This document shows positions 19,268 through 28,430 of a DNA stretch of 64,000 nucleotides, one piece after another (the first letter of the stretch is position 1; each line of letters begins with the position of its first letter). The DNA is from an uncultured Actinomycetota bacterium (lineage in GTDB: Bacteria; Actinomycetota; Actinomycetes; Mycobacteriales; Jatrophihabitantaceae). Where the stretch lies: positions 64,974 through 128,973 of the forward strand of contig CAVWSE010000002.1 in the NCBI GenBank assembly GCA_963757455.1, given 5' to 3'. The translations under genes and the position numbers were made by a program. The notes beneath the pieces were generated by a model that was given only the letters and a program-made list of their open reading frames with translations, searched no databases and was not told the DNA's origin.

Positions 19268-20785
19268 GTGGACACGATTCCGGCGGTCTTGCGCCGTGCC
19301 GCGCGCGAATTCGGCGCTGACACGGCGCTGGTCGACGGCGACGTGCGGCTGACCTTCGCGCAGTTGCTGGCGAAGGTGCGCGAGCACGCCGCGTTCCTGG
19401 TGTCTCGCGGCGTGCAGCCCGGAGACCGCGTCGCGGTGTGGGCGCCGAACACGCACCACTGGGTCGTCGCCGCGCTCGGTGCGCACTACGCCGGGGCGAC
19501 GCTCGTGCCCGTGAACACGCGCTACACCGGGCACGAAGCCGCCGACATACTCGGGCGGACGGATGCAGTCGCGCTGGTCGTCACCGGGCCGTTTCTCGGC
19601 GTCGACCGGCTGGCACAACTACGGGCGGCCGCGACGTTGCCGAAGCTGGCGACGATCGTGTGGATCCGCACCGACGACTCCCGCGTCCCCGACGGCGTGA
19701 TCGAGTGGGACGAACGCGCGCACGACGATGCGAGCGCCGCCGACGCGCGTGCCGACGCGGTGACCCCCGACGACATCAGCGACATCTTGTTCACGTCGGG
19801 CACGACCGGACGCAGCAAGGGCGTGTTGACCGCACACCGTCAGGTCATCGACGTCGCGCGGGCCTGGGGCGAGTGCGGTGAGGTCGACGAGCACGACCGG
19901 TATCTCATCGTGAACCCGTTCTTCCACAGCTTCGGTTACAAGGCCGGCATCGTGGTCTGCCTGCTCACCGGCGCGACGATCGTGCCGATGGCGACCTACG
20001 ACGTCGACGAGGCGCTGCGCCTGATCGCCGACGAGCGCATCACCGTGCTGCCGGGGGCGCCGACGATCTATCAGATGATGCTCGATCATCCGCAGCGTGC
20101 GAAGTACGACCTGTCGTCGTTGCGCTTCGCGGTCACGGGAGCTGCGGTCGTTCCGGTCGCGCTCGTCGAACGGATGCAGTCGGAGATGGGCTTCGACATC
20201 GTCCTCACCGCCTTCGGCATGACCGAGGCCGTGGTCGTGACGATGTGCCGGCGCAGTGATCCACCGGACCTCGTCGCGCGCACGTGTGGCCGCGCGGTCG
20301 CGGGGTTCGAGTTGCGTATCGGCGAGCAGGACGAGCTGTTGCTACGAGGACCGAACGTGATGCTGGGCTACCTCGACGATCCGGACGCCACCGCGGCGGC
20401 GATCGACGCCGACGGGTGGCTGCACACCGGCGACGTCGGCGCCGTGGACGCCGACGGTTACCTGACGATCACCGACCGGCTCAAGGACATGTACATCAGC
20501 GGCGGGTTCAACGTGTACCCGGCCGAGATCGAGCAAACCCTCGCGCGGCTCGACGGCGTGGCTGATGTCGCGGTGATCGGGTTGCCGGACGAGCGGCTCG
20601 GCGAGGTCGGTCTCGCGGTGATCGTGCGCAACGGCGAGGTCGACACCGATGCCGTTGCCTCGTTCTGCCGCGAGCGCCTGGCCAACTTCAAGGTGCCGCG
20701 CCGGGTGGAGTTCGTCGACGCGCTGCCGCGCAATCCGTCCGGCAAGGTCCTGAAGACGACGCTGCGAGAGGAGTACGCCACGTGA
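19268..20785 (+). CDS. fadD3: HIP-CoA synthetase (acyl-CoA ligase) FadD3-like
   Basis: 505 aa with GTG start. AMP-binding motifs FTSGTTGRSKGV, TGDVGAVDADGYLTITDRLKD, PRNPSGKVLK. Position relative to fadE30 and fadE31-33 supports the call. Confidence 0.8.
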   Translation: MDTIPAVLRRAAREFGADTALVDGDVRLTFAQLLAKVREHAAFLVSRGVQPGDRVAVWAPNTHHWVVAALGAHYAGATLVPVNTRYTGHEAADILGRTDAVALVVTGPFLGVDRLAQLRAAATLPKLATIVWIRTDDSRVPDGVIEWDERAHDDASAADARADAVTPDDISDILFTSGTTGRSKGVLTAHRQVIDVARAWGECGEVDEHDRYLIVNPFFHSFGYKAGIVVCLLTGATIVPMATYDVDEALRLIADERITVLPGAPTIYQMMLDHPQRAKYDLSSLRFAVTGAAVVPVALVERMQSEMGFDIVLTAFGMTEAVVVTMCRRSDPPDLVARTCGRAVAGFELRIGEQDELLLRGPNVMLGYLDDPDATAAAIDADGWLHTGDVGAVDADGYLTITDRLKDMYISGGFNVYPAEIEQTLARLDGVADVAVIGLPDERLGEVGLAVIVRNGEVDTDAVASFCRERLANFKVPRRVEFVDALPRNPSGKVLKTTLREEYAT

Positions 20786-21621
20786 GCGACGAGGTTCTCT
20801 ACGAGGTACGCGGTGCGACGGCGATCGTCACCATGAACCGTCCCGAGTACCGCAATGCGCAGAACTCGGTGATGACCTACGCACTCGACCGGGCGTTCCA
20901 GCGCGCGGTCGACGATGACAACGTGAAGGCGATCGTGCTCGCCGGCGCCGGCAAGCACTTCTCGGCCGGGCACGACATCGGCACGCCCGGCCGTGACGTC
21001 GACGTGCACTACGACAACTCGGCGATCATCTGGTGGGACCACGTCGGCCGCGAGGGCGGCGACCTGCGGTACGCCCGCGAGATGGAGGTCTATCTCGGCA
21101 TGTGCCGGCGCTGGCGCGAGATTCCCAAGCCGACGATCGCGATGATCCAGGGCGCGTGCATCGCCGGCGGGCTGATGCTCTCGTTCGTGTGCGACCTCAT
21201 CGTCGCCTCCGACGATGCGTTCTTCGGCGATCCCGTGGTGCGGATGGGGATTCCCGGCGTCGAGTACTTCGCGCACCCGTGGGTGCTCGGGTCGCGAGCG
21301 GCCAAGGAGATCTTGTTCACCGGTGACCGGTTCTCGGCACAGCGCGCGTACGAGTGGGGCATGGTCAACCGTGTTGTCGCGCGGGACGACCTCGAGAACG
21401 AGACGCTCGCCATCGCCGAGCGCATCGGCACGATGCCACAGTTCGGGCTCGCCCTGACCAAGCGCGCGGTCAACCAGTGCGAGGACGCGATGGGCATGCG
21501 CAACGGCATGGACTCGGTGTTCGGTCTGCATCACTTCGCGCACGCCCACAACGCCGAGGTCGGCGCCGACTCACTCGGCGGCATGGACGCGAAGTCGATG
21601 AAGGCATCTAGTGGATCTTGA
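20782..21621 (+). CDS. Enoyl-CoA hydratase/isomerase (crotonase) family, EchA20-like candidate
   Basis: GTG overlaps the fadD3 stop. Motifs AIVLAGAGKHFSAGHD and IAMIQGACIAGGL. Confidence 0.7.
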   Translation: MSDEVLYEVRGATAIVTMNRPEYRNAQNSVMTYALDRAFQRAVDDDNVKAIVLAGAGKHFSAGHDIGTPGRDVDVHYDNSAIIWWDHVGREGGDLRYAREMEVYLGMCRRWREIPKPTIAMIQGACIAGGLMLSFVCDLIVASDDAFFGDPVVRMGIPGVEYFAHPWVLGSRAAKEILFTGDRFSAQRAYEWGMVNRVVARDDLENETLAIAERIGTMPQFGLALTKRAVNQCEDAMGMRNGMDSVFGLHHFAHAHNAEVGADSLGGMDAKSMKASSGS

Positions 21622-22726
21622 TCTCGACTTCGACACCATCGCCTTCCGCGACGAGGTGCGCGAGTTCCTTCGCGTCAACGTCCGGCGGTTGCCGTCGATG
21701 GATACGGCGGAGGGGTTCGCGGCGCATCGCGAGTGGGAGCACGTGCTTGCCGATGCGCGGCTCTCGGTCGTGTCGTGGCCGGCCGAGCTCGGTGGTCGTG
21801 ACGCGACGCTGCAGCAGTGGGTCGTGTTCGAAGAGGAGTACTTCCGAGCGAACGCACCGCTGCGCGTGAGCCAGAACGGCATCTTCCTGCTGGCACCGAC
21901 GATGTTCGCTCACGCGACGCCCGAGCAGCTGGCCCGGATCATGCCGCCGATGGCGCGCGCCGACGAGATCTGGGCGCAGGCCTGGTCGGAGCCGGAGGCC
22001 GGCAGTGATCTCGCGGGCATCACGTCGCGGGCCGTGCGGACGGACGGCGGCTGGCTGCTGTCGGGGCAGAAGACGTGGTCGACCCGGGCGACGTACGCCG
22101 ACCGGGGGTTCGGGTTGTTTCGCACCGATCCGGACGCCGAGCGGCATCGCGGGCTGACCTACTTCTTGTTCGACCTGCGCGCCGATGGCGTGGCGGTGCG
22201 CGGCATCCCGCAGCTCGACGGCGAGCCAGGCTTCGCCGAGATCTTCCTCGACGACGTGTTCGTCCCCGACGAGGACGTGCTCGGTGCGGTCGGCGAAGGC
22301 TGGCGCGTCGCGATGTCGACCGCCTCGAACGAGCGCGGGCTGTCGCTGCGCTCCCCCGGCCGCTTCCTCGCTGCCGCATCACGCCTCGCCGAGCTCGCTG
22401 GCGGCTGCACCGACTCGGCGCTGACCGATCGGGTCGTCGATGCGTGGATCGGCGCGCGGGCCTACGAACTGCACACCTGGGCGACGGTGACCCGCCTTGC
22501 CGACGGCGGTGAACTCGGCGCCGAGTCGAGCGCCGGCAAGCTGTTCTGGTCGCAGCTCGACGTCGCCCTGCACGAGACGGCGCTCGATGTGCAAGGCGCG
22601 CAGGGCGAGGTCGTCGACGACTGGACGGCGGGCTATCTGTTCTCGCTCGCCGGACCGATCTACGCAGGGACGAACGAGATTCAGCGCAACGTGGTCGCCG
22701 AAAGACTACTGGGACTGCCGCGATGA
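21611..22726 (+). CDS. fadE31: Acyl-CoA dehydrogenase FadE31-like
   Basis: 371 aa. Motifs WSEPEAGSDLAG and IYAGTNEIQRNVVAERLLGLP. Assignment rests on synteny. Confidence 0.7.
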   Translation: MDLDLDFDTIAFRDEVREFLRVNVRRLPSMDTAEGFAAHREWEHVLADARLSVVSWPAELGGRDATLQQWVVFEEEYFRANAPLRVSQNGIFLLAPTMFAHATPEQLARIMPPMARADEIWAQAWSEPEAGSDLAGITSRAVRTDGGWLLSGQKTWSTRATYADRGFGLFRTDPDAERHRGLTYFLFDLRADGVAVRGIPQLDGEPGFAEIFLDDVFVPDEDVLGAVGEGWRVAMSTASNERGLSLRSPGRFLAAASRLAELAGGCTDSALTDRVVDAWIGARAYELHTWATVTRLADGGELGAESSAGKLFWSQLDVALHETALDVQGAQGEVVDDWTAGYLFSLAGPIYAGTNEIQRNVVAERLLGLPR

Positions 22727-23622
22727 GGTTTGTCCCTGCCGTCGAACAGCGCGAGTTCGCGGCGTCGCTCGCCGATCTGCTTGCAGCGTCGGACGTTCCC
22801 GCTGTTGCGCGGTCGTGGGCGGCAGGTGACTTCGCACCAGGACGCAAACTGTGGACGCGGCTTGCCGAGCAGGGCTTGTTGTCCCTCGGCGATCCGGATT
22901 CCGGCGCGACGCCGGTCGACCTGGTGCTGGCGTTCGAGCAGTTGGGACGGTTCGGCGCGCCAGGCCCGTACGTCGAGTCGGTGGCCGTACTTCCGGCGCT
23001 CGGGCGTCACGACGAGAGTGCGATGGCCACGATCGCCGCACCGCCCGTGGTGCCGTACGCGCTCGACGCCAGTGTCTGCGACGCGGTCTACCTGCTCGAC
23101 GGCGCGGCGCTCTCGACCGCGTCCGTGACCGGCTCGGTCACGTCCCTCGACCCGACCCGACGCCTCGCCGAGGTGAGCGCTGCCGAACCGATCGGCGAGG
23201 CCGACACTGCGCGCGCACTCGACCTCGGCACGCTCGCAACAGCCGCGCAACTGCTCGGGGCCGGGGTCGCATTGCTCGAGCGATCGGTCGAGTACGCCAA
23301 ACAGCGCACGCAATTCGGCAAGCCGATCGGTGGGTTCCAGGCGGTGAAGCATCTGCTCGCCGACGTGCATGTCGGGCTCGAGTTCGCTCGTCCGCTGCTC
23401 TTCGGCGCGGCGCTGACTCTCGATGCGCGCGATGTCTCGGCCGCGAAGGTGGCGTGTGGTGACGCGGCCTATCGGGCCGCGCGCACCGGCCTGCAGGTAC
23501 ACGGCGCGATCGGCTACACCGCCGAGTACGACCTCGCGCTGTGGTTGACGAAGGTGCGCGCGCTCGTGAACGCGTGGGGCACGCAGCGCGAGCACCGCGA
23601 CCGCATCCGGGCGGCGCTGTGA
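22723..23622 (+). CDS. fadE32: Acyl-CoA dehydrogenase beta-type subunit FadE32-like
   Basis: 299 aa. ATGA overlap with fadE31. Motifs FGKPIGGFQAVKHLLAD and HGAIGYTAEYDL. Confidence 0.7.
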   Translation: MRFVPAVEQREFAASLADLLAASDVPAVARSWAAGDFAPGRKLWTRLAEQGLLSLGDPDSGATPVDLVLAFEQLGRFGAPGPYVESVAVLPALGRHDESAMATIAAPPVVPYALDASVCDAVYLLDGAALSTASVTGSVTSLDPTRRLAEVSAAEPIGEADTARALDLGTLATAAQLLGAGVALLERSVEYAKQRTQFGKPIGGFQAVKHLLADVHVGLEFARPLLFGAALTLDARDVSAAKVACGDAAYRAARTGLQVHGAIGYTAEYDLALWLTKVRALVNAWGTQREHRDRIRAAL

Positions 23623-24543
23623 AGGAACTCCAGGACGCCGTCCGGTCGTTGCTGGTCAAGCGCTGCGACCCGCGCAAGGGCTTCGACGAGGAACTCTGGC
23701 GCGTGCTGTGCGAGCAGATCGGCGTCGCGTCGCTCGCGATCCCGGAGCGCTTCGGCGGCGCCGGCGCGACCCTGCTCGAGACGCACGTGGTGATGGCCGA
23801 ACTCGGTCGTGCACTGGCGCCCGTCCCGATGCTTTCGAGCACGTACGCCGCGCAACTGTTGCTGGCCAGCGGAAACGACGACGCCTGCGAGCGGCTGCTC
23901 CCCCGCATCGCGGACGGCACCGTCGCAACCGTCGCGGAGGTCGACGAGCAGGGTGTCGCTGAGTACGTCCTCGACGGCGACCTGGCCGAGGTCGTGCTCC
24001 TCAGCGACGGATCGGGCGTCTACGAAGCGAGTGACGTCCAGGCGACACCGACGCCGGCCATGGACACTACGAGACGGCTCGCAACTGTGCGCGCGCAACG
24101 CGGGGAACGCGTCGGCGACGCGGAATCGGCTAGCCACCGCGAAGGATGCTGCCGCGGTCGCCCTCACCGCGGAGCAGGTCGGCGGCGCCGAGCGGTTCCT
24201 CGAACTGACGGTGCAGTACACCAAGGACCGCGTGCAGTTCGGCCGTCCGATCGGCAGCTTCCAGGCGCTCAAGCACCGTATGGCCGACCTGCACGTCCTG
24301 GCGCAGGCAGCGCGGTCAGCATCGTGGGCGGCCGTCGAGGGGACGGTCGCGCCGTCGGTGGCGAAGGCTTATTGCAGCGAGGCATTCCTGACGATCGCGG
24401 GCGAGTGCATCCAATTGCACGGTGGTATCGCGATCACGTGGGAGCACGACGCGCACCTGTTCTTCAAGCGTGCGCACGGCAGCGCCCAACTGTTCGGCTC
24501 GCCGGACGAGCACGTGCAGCGAATCTCGAAGGAGTTCCTCTAG
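23619..24543 (+). pseudogene. fadE33: Acyl-CoA dehydrogenase subunit FadE33-like with one frame break (about 24125)
   Basis: GTG at 23619 (GTGA overlap). The N-terminal part is in the frame of ORF 23541..24962 up to RVGDAES. The remainder (LATAKDAAAVALTAEQVGGAERFLELTVQYTKDRVQFGRPIGSFQALKH) is in ORF 23809..24543. Length is 925 nt = 3n+1. Confidence 0.7.
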
Positions 24544-24962
24544 TGGACCTGCAGGAACTGTCCGACCGACAAGAGATCGCCGATCTGATCACCGAGTACA
24601 GCCATGCCATCGACTTCCACCAGTGGGACGACCTCGACGCGATCTTCACCACCGACGCGACCCTCGACCTCACGGCCACCGGCGGCGAGTCGGGCGATCT
24701 GGCGACGATGAAGCTATGGCTGGCCAAGACCCTCGGCCTGTTCACCGGACACCAACATCTCGTCGCCACCAGCAAGATCGACCTCGCCGGCGACCGCGCC
24801 AGCGCGAAGTCGGTGTGCCACAACCCGATGTACCTCGACCGCGATGGCACGCAGCAAGTGCTGTTCGTCGGCCTCTGGTACCTCGACGAGTTCGTCCGCA
24901 CGTCCGACGGTTGGCGCATTTCCTCGCGCAGGCAGCAGAAGGCCTACCTGCACGGGCTCTGA
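24543..24962 (+). CDS. SnoaL-like / NTF2-fold protein
   Basis: GTG at 24543 overlaps the fadE33 TAG by 1 nt. Sequence LSDRQEIADLITEYSHAIDFHQWDDLDAIFT...WRISSRR. Confidence 0.65.
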   Translation: MDLQELSDRQEIADLITEYSHAIDFHQWDDLDAIFTTDATLDLTATGGESGDLATMKLWLAKTLGLFTGHQHLVATSKIDLAGDRASAKSVCHNPMYLDRDGTQQVLFVGLWYLDEFVRTSDGWRISSRRQQKAYLHGL

Positions 24963-25039
24963 CGGATCACCTCAGGCCGTGGCAGCTTGATCGAAGTGCG
25001 AAAGACCGTATGGCCACCTTGATCAAGCCAGCGCGGCCG

Positions 25040-26785
25040 CTAGCTGTACCAGCCGACAACGTTCACGGTCAGGTGCGCGGACCGGCTCGCCTGCAGGCAG
25101 ACCTTTCCGCCCGGGAACAGTCGGCTCACCGCGAGCGTGGTCGCCGTTTGACCGGCACCGAACTGAACGGCCGGCTGCTGCGGGTTGGTCTGCCCACAGC
25201 CCCACACGGAGACCGTGCCGGCGCGCGATTCGGCAGACGAGGTCACCTCGAGCACGACTTCTTTCGCGCTGCCAGGCACCGGCCCTCCGGTTGCGCGTGT
25301 CGTGACCACCTGGTTGGCACGGGGCTTCGGACCGCGATAACCGATGTGGGCTGCGGTGTCGATGATCTTCCGCGGTGCCAACGCGGTGAATTGGCTCCCA
25401 GCCGTGTAGTACCCCGTCTCGTCGACCAGCACGTGCGTCGGAGCGGACGTGCGAATGCACACGTCACCGTGCGAACCGACCTTGCTGACAACCAGTTGTT
25501 CCTCGGCCGCCCCACGCTGGAACTCCAGCGCGGAGGAAGTCGGCGCTTTGCTGCCGCACGGGAACGCGGTGAGGTGACCTGGCCGGGCCCCGTCGAGCGC
25601 CGTGAGGTCCAACGCGACCGCAGCGGCGTCGGCCGGGACGCCATTACCCGTGACCGCGATCGTCAGAACCCGTCCCCCGGCCGGGCGTGCACCCGTGCGC
25701 GTATCGCGCAGACGTCGAATAGGAACAGCATGGAAGCTGCTCGTGCTCGAGTAGTACCCATCCATGTCGACCCGCACGTGCGCGTTGGTGGTCGCTTGCA
25801 CGCAGGTCAGTCCGCTCGAATCGAAGGTCGCGAGCACGTGGCTGGAAACGGGTTTGTTCGCGGCGTAGTGCAGGTTCGGCAGACTCGGTTTCGGGGAGCT
25901 GCACGGCCATACGGTGAGCGAACCCGACTTGGCCTCAGACAGCGCCGTGACGGTCACGTCGAGTGCGGCTGCGTTGGTGGGCGCGGGACCGAAGCCGGCC
26001 CCGGCGAAGCCGAGCTCTTGGTTGGCCGTGGTTGTCGTCGTATCGAGAACGCGCTGTGGCTGCACCGGGATGAAGTCTCCGGTCGGCAGCGGGACGCCGT
26101 TACCGGCGAAGGTGAACGTGAACGGCTGACCGTTCCAGTGGCCTGACGTGCTCCCGGTCTGCGCACCCAGGGCGCTCGGCGCGTACCGATAGAACATGTG
26201 GCACGACTTCCCCGTACCCAGGGTCTTTCCCTCGCAGTCCTGCTCACCGCCGAACAGCTGGCCGGCGCCGCCGCCCGCGCCCGACATCACGACAGGAGAT
26301 GACATGTTGGTGATCGTGACGGTCTGGGTCGGTCCCGTGGTTCCCAACGGCACATCACCGAAGTCGAAGCCCGTCTGACTGATCGCGAACCGAGGGCTGC
26401 CGACCCCCGTGAGATTGATCGTGTAGCTCTGACCGTTCCACTCCCCGGTCGTCGACCCGGTCGCTGTGCCCAGGTCGGTCGGCTTGAAGCGGTAGACCAT
26501 GTGACACGTCGCGTTCACCAGGAGGGTTTTTCCGTCGCAGTCGTTCGAACTCGTGAACGGCGAGCTGGTGCCACCGCCCGAGCCGCTCATGACAACCGGA
26601 GCGTCCGACACGTTTCGCACCGTCGCCGACATCGCGACGCTCGTGGCGCCGACGCGCACCTGCCCGAAGTCCAGCGTCGTCGGGCTGATCACGAACTGTG
26701 GGCTGGCCCCGTGCGCCGGGACCGCGAAAGCCACGGTAGCGAGGATTGTTGAGACAATCAGCCTTGCCAGGTTTCGCAGCGTCAC
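25040..26785 (-). CDS. Secreted multi-domain protein: two choice-of-anchor-D-like Ig domains followed by three ~110-aa DT(R)...GYY repeats
   Basis: GTG start with a G-rich SD. Signal peptide ends AVPAHG/ASP. Domains span aa 28-128 and 129-231 and share FDFG...V.N.S..PVVMSG.GGG...C.GKTL....C...YR. Repeats span aa 238-346, 351-461 and 465-581, each with two Cys and ending GYY/GWY. Confidence 0.8.
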   Translation of the reverse strand: MTLRNLARLIVSTILATVAFAVPAHGASPQFVISPTTLDFGQVRVGATSVAMSATVRNVSDAPVVMSGSGGGTSSPFTSSNDCDGKTLLVNATCHMVYRFKPTDLGTATGSTTGEWNGQSYTINLTGVGSPRFAISQTGFDFGDVPLGTTGPTQTVTITNMSSPVVMSGAGGGAGQLFGGEQDCEGKTLGTGKSCHMFYRYAPSALGAQTGSTSGHWNGQPFTFTFAGNGVPLPTGDFIPVQPQRVLDTTTTTANQELGFAGAGFGPAPTNAAALDVTVTALSEAKSGSLTVWPCSSPKPSLPNLHYAANKPVSSHVLATFDSSGLTCVQATTNAHVRVDMDGYYSSTSSFHAVPIRRLRDTRTGARPAGGRVLTIAVTGNGVPADAAAVALDLTALDGARPGHLTAFPCGSKAPTSSALEFQRGAAEEQLVVSKVGSHGDVCIRTSAPTHVLVDETGYYTAGSQFTALAPRKIIDTAAHIGYRGPKPRANQVVTTRATGGPVPGSAKEVVLEVTSSAESRAGTVSVWGCGQTNPQQPAVQFGAGQTATTLAVSRLFPGGKVCLQASRSAHLTVNVVGWYS

Positions 26786-26921
26786 GACGACGATCCCCCC
26801 TGCGCGAATGTGCAGGAAGTATGAGGGTCCGCGGGGCCGGACGGAAGACCAGTCAGGTCAATATGCGCGAAGGACTGTCAGAACCAGTCGTCGTGACCGG
26901 GCGATGACGGCCTCCGACGGC

Positions 26922-28400
26922 TCAACCTTGGGTGCGGTAGGACGTGAACCCTCGCCGGCGCCCGTACATCCCCGGGCGGGGCACCGGCTGCGGAATGCCG
27001 GGGCTCGCGAGGTCGCTCGGATCCACGTCCACCCCGAGCAGGGTTCGCGTGACGCTCTGGGCGCTGTCGAGCAGATCGTCCAGAGCACGGCTCAGGTCGT
27101 CGGCCGTGACCTCGGTCAGTGGCTGTGCTCGGTCCAGCGACTCGAGCACGGCGCGACGCACGAGCTCCTTCAGGAACGACGCCGTTACGCCGTCCGTGCG
27201 CTCGACGACGTCGGCGTTGCGTGCGGCACCGACAGCCAACGGCACTGAGCGCGAGTACAGCGTGAACAGTCGTTCCCGTGCGTCGTCGTCGGGAACCTCG
27301 ATCTCGACCGCGACGTCGACACGACCAGGACGGGCCGCCAGCGCTGGTTCGAGCAGGTCTGCCCGGTTGGTCGTGAGCAGGAACAGCAGGTCAGCGTCTT
27401 CGGCGGCACCGTCCATGGCGTCGAGGAGGTCGAACAGCACCGAGCTTCCGCCCGGCCCGAACGAGCGATCCTCGGCGACGAGATCGACGTCCTCCAGCAC
27501 GACGACGGCCGGCGCGAGCTCGCGCGCGAGTTCAGTCATCGACGCGACCGCGTGCAGAGAAGCGCCCGACAGCAGGATCCGGGTGTAGTCGCTCATGTGG
27601 GTCACGAGGTAGCGCGTGGTGTGCGTCTTGCCCGTTCCCGGCGGTCCGAACAGGAGCAGGCCGCGCTTGAGATGCTGGCCGGCTGCGAGCAGTTCGGCGC
27701 TGTGTTCGGCGACGCCGAACGCATGACGCTCGATCCGCGCGAGCACAGGTTCGGGCAGTACGACGTCGTCTCGTGCGGTGCGCTGGATCGCCGCGAATGA
27801 CAACCTGAAACCCATCTGGGTCGCCTGCACCTCGATCAGTTGACGTCGGTAGACGTTCAGCTTCGCGCGCAAGGCGTCGATTTCGGCGAACGACACTTGA
27901 GCACGGGCGACGTCCAGACCGACCAGTTGCAACATCAGTTCCGGTCGGTGGTCGTCCGGTCCCGACACGAAAATCACGTACGACCCGGCCTCGTCCGTGA
28001 CGAGCAGAAGCGCAAGGCGAAGGCAGGCGAGAGTCGATCCCGGCCCGTCGGGCAGATCCGCGTAACTCGGCGCCGACAGCCGCAGCGGAGGCAGATGCTC
28101 ACCGCTCACAAGCTGCTCGAGCGCGAGCTCGCCGTAGTGCGGCGGAAGGGTGATCCCGCGGACGACAACGGTGCGCCCGTCCGCCTGCGACCACGCGTTG
28201 AGCGCCGTCTGGAGGTTGACCTGCTCGAAGGCCGACCACTGCCTGGAGACCACCGAGAACTCATGCGCTCCGAGGAAGTCTCGCACCAGGGCGACGACCT
28301 CGTTGACGTTCGACTCGTCGCTGTCGCGGTGCACCCAGTCGAGGAAGCGGCGGAACGAGGCGGCGAACTCGCGCGCCTCGTCCGGGTCAGAGTGGGTCAT
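26922..28400 (-). CDS. AAA+ ATPase (classic AAA clade) with uncharacterised ~230-aa N-terminal domain
   Basis: Walker A LLFGPPGTGKTH, Walker B VVVLEDVD, sensor/second region of homology LLTTNRADLLEPALAARPGRVD. Starts 30 nt downstream of the hsaB stop on the same strand. Confidence 0.85.
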   Translation of the reverse strand: MTHSDPDEAREFAASFRRFLDWVHRDSDESNVNEVVALVRDFLGAHEFSVVSRQWSAFEQVNLQTALNAWSQADGRTVVVRGITLPPHYGELALEQLVSGEHLPPLRLSAPSYADLPDGPGSTLACLRLALLLVTDEAGSYVIFVSGPDDHRPELMLQLVGLDVARAQVSFAEIDALRAKLNVYRRQLIEVQATQMGFRLSFAAIQRTARDDVVLPEPVLARIERHAFGVAEHSAELLAAGQHLKRGLLLFGPPGTGKTHTTRYLVTHMSDYTRILLSGASLHAVASMTELARELAPAVVVLEDVDLVAEDRSFGPGGSSVLFDLLDAMDGAAEDADLLFLLTTNRADLLEPALAARPGRVDVAVEIEVPDDDARERLFTLYSRSVPLAVGAARNADVVERTDGVTASFLKELVRRAVLESLDRAQPLTEVTADDLSRALDDLLDSAQSVTRTLLGVDVDPSDLASPGIPQPVPRPGMYGRRRGFTSYRTQG

Positions 28401-28430
28401 GCCTTCGAGTATGCGTGCGCGTCGAAGCGT

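Noticed and set aside
24975-25038. Imperfect inverted repeat (GGCCGTGGCAGCTTGATC ... GATCAAGCCAGCGCGGCC) between the convergent SnoaL gene and the secreted-protein gene, as a terminator.
   Set aside because: Only 14 of 18 positions pair, with a 28-nt loop and no U-tract. This is too weak to call as a feature, although termination must occur somewhere in this 77-nt gap.
26879-26892. 14-nt identity (AGAACCAGTCGTCG) with the hsaB stop region at 28434-28447. It gives a second out-of-frame ...DDWF* ending just after the AAA ATPase gene, hinting at a duplicated hsaB 3' end.
   Set aside because: Identity does not extend beyond 14 nt. The upstream translation in that frame is not HsaB-like. Several chance 14-mer matches are expected in 64 kb of biased sequence.
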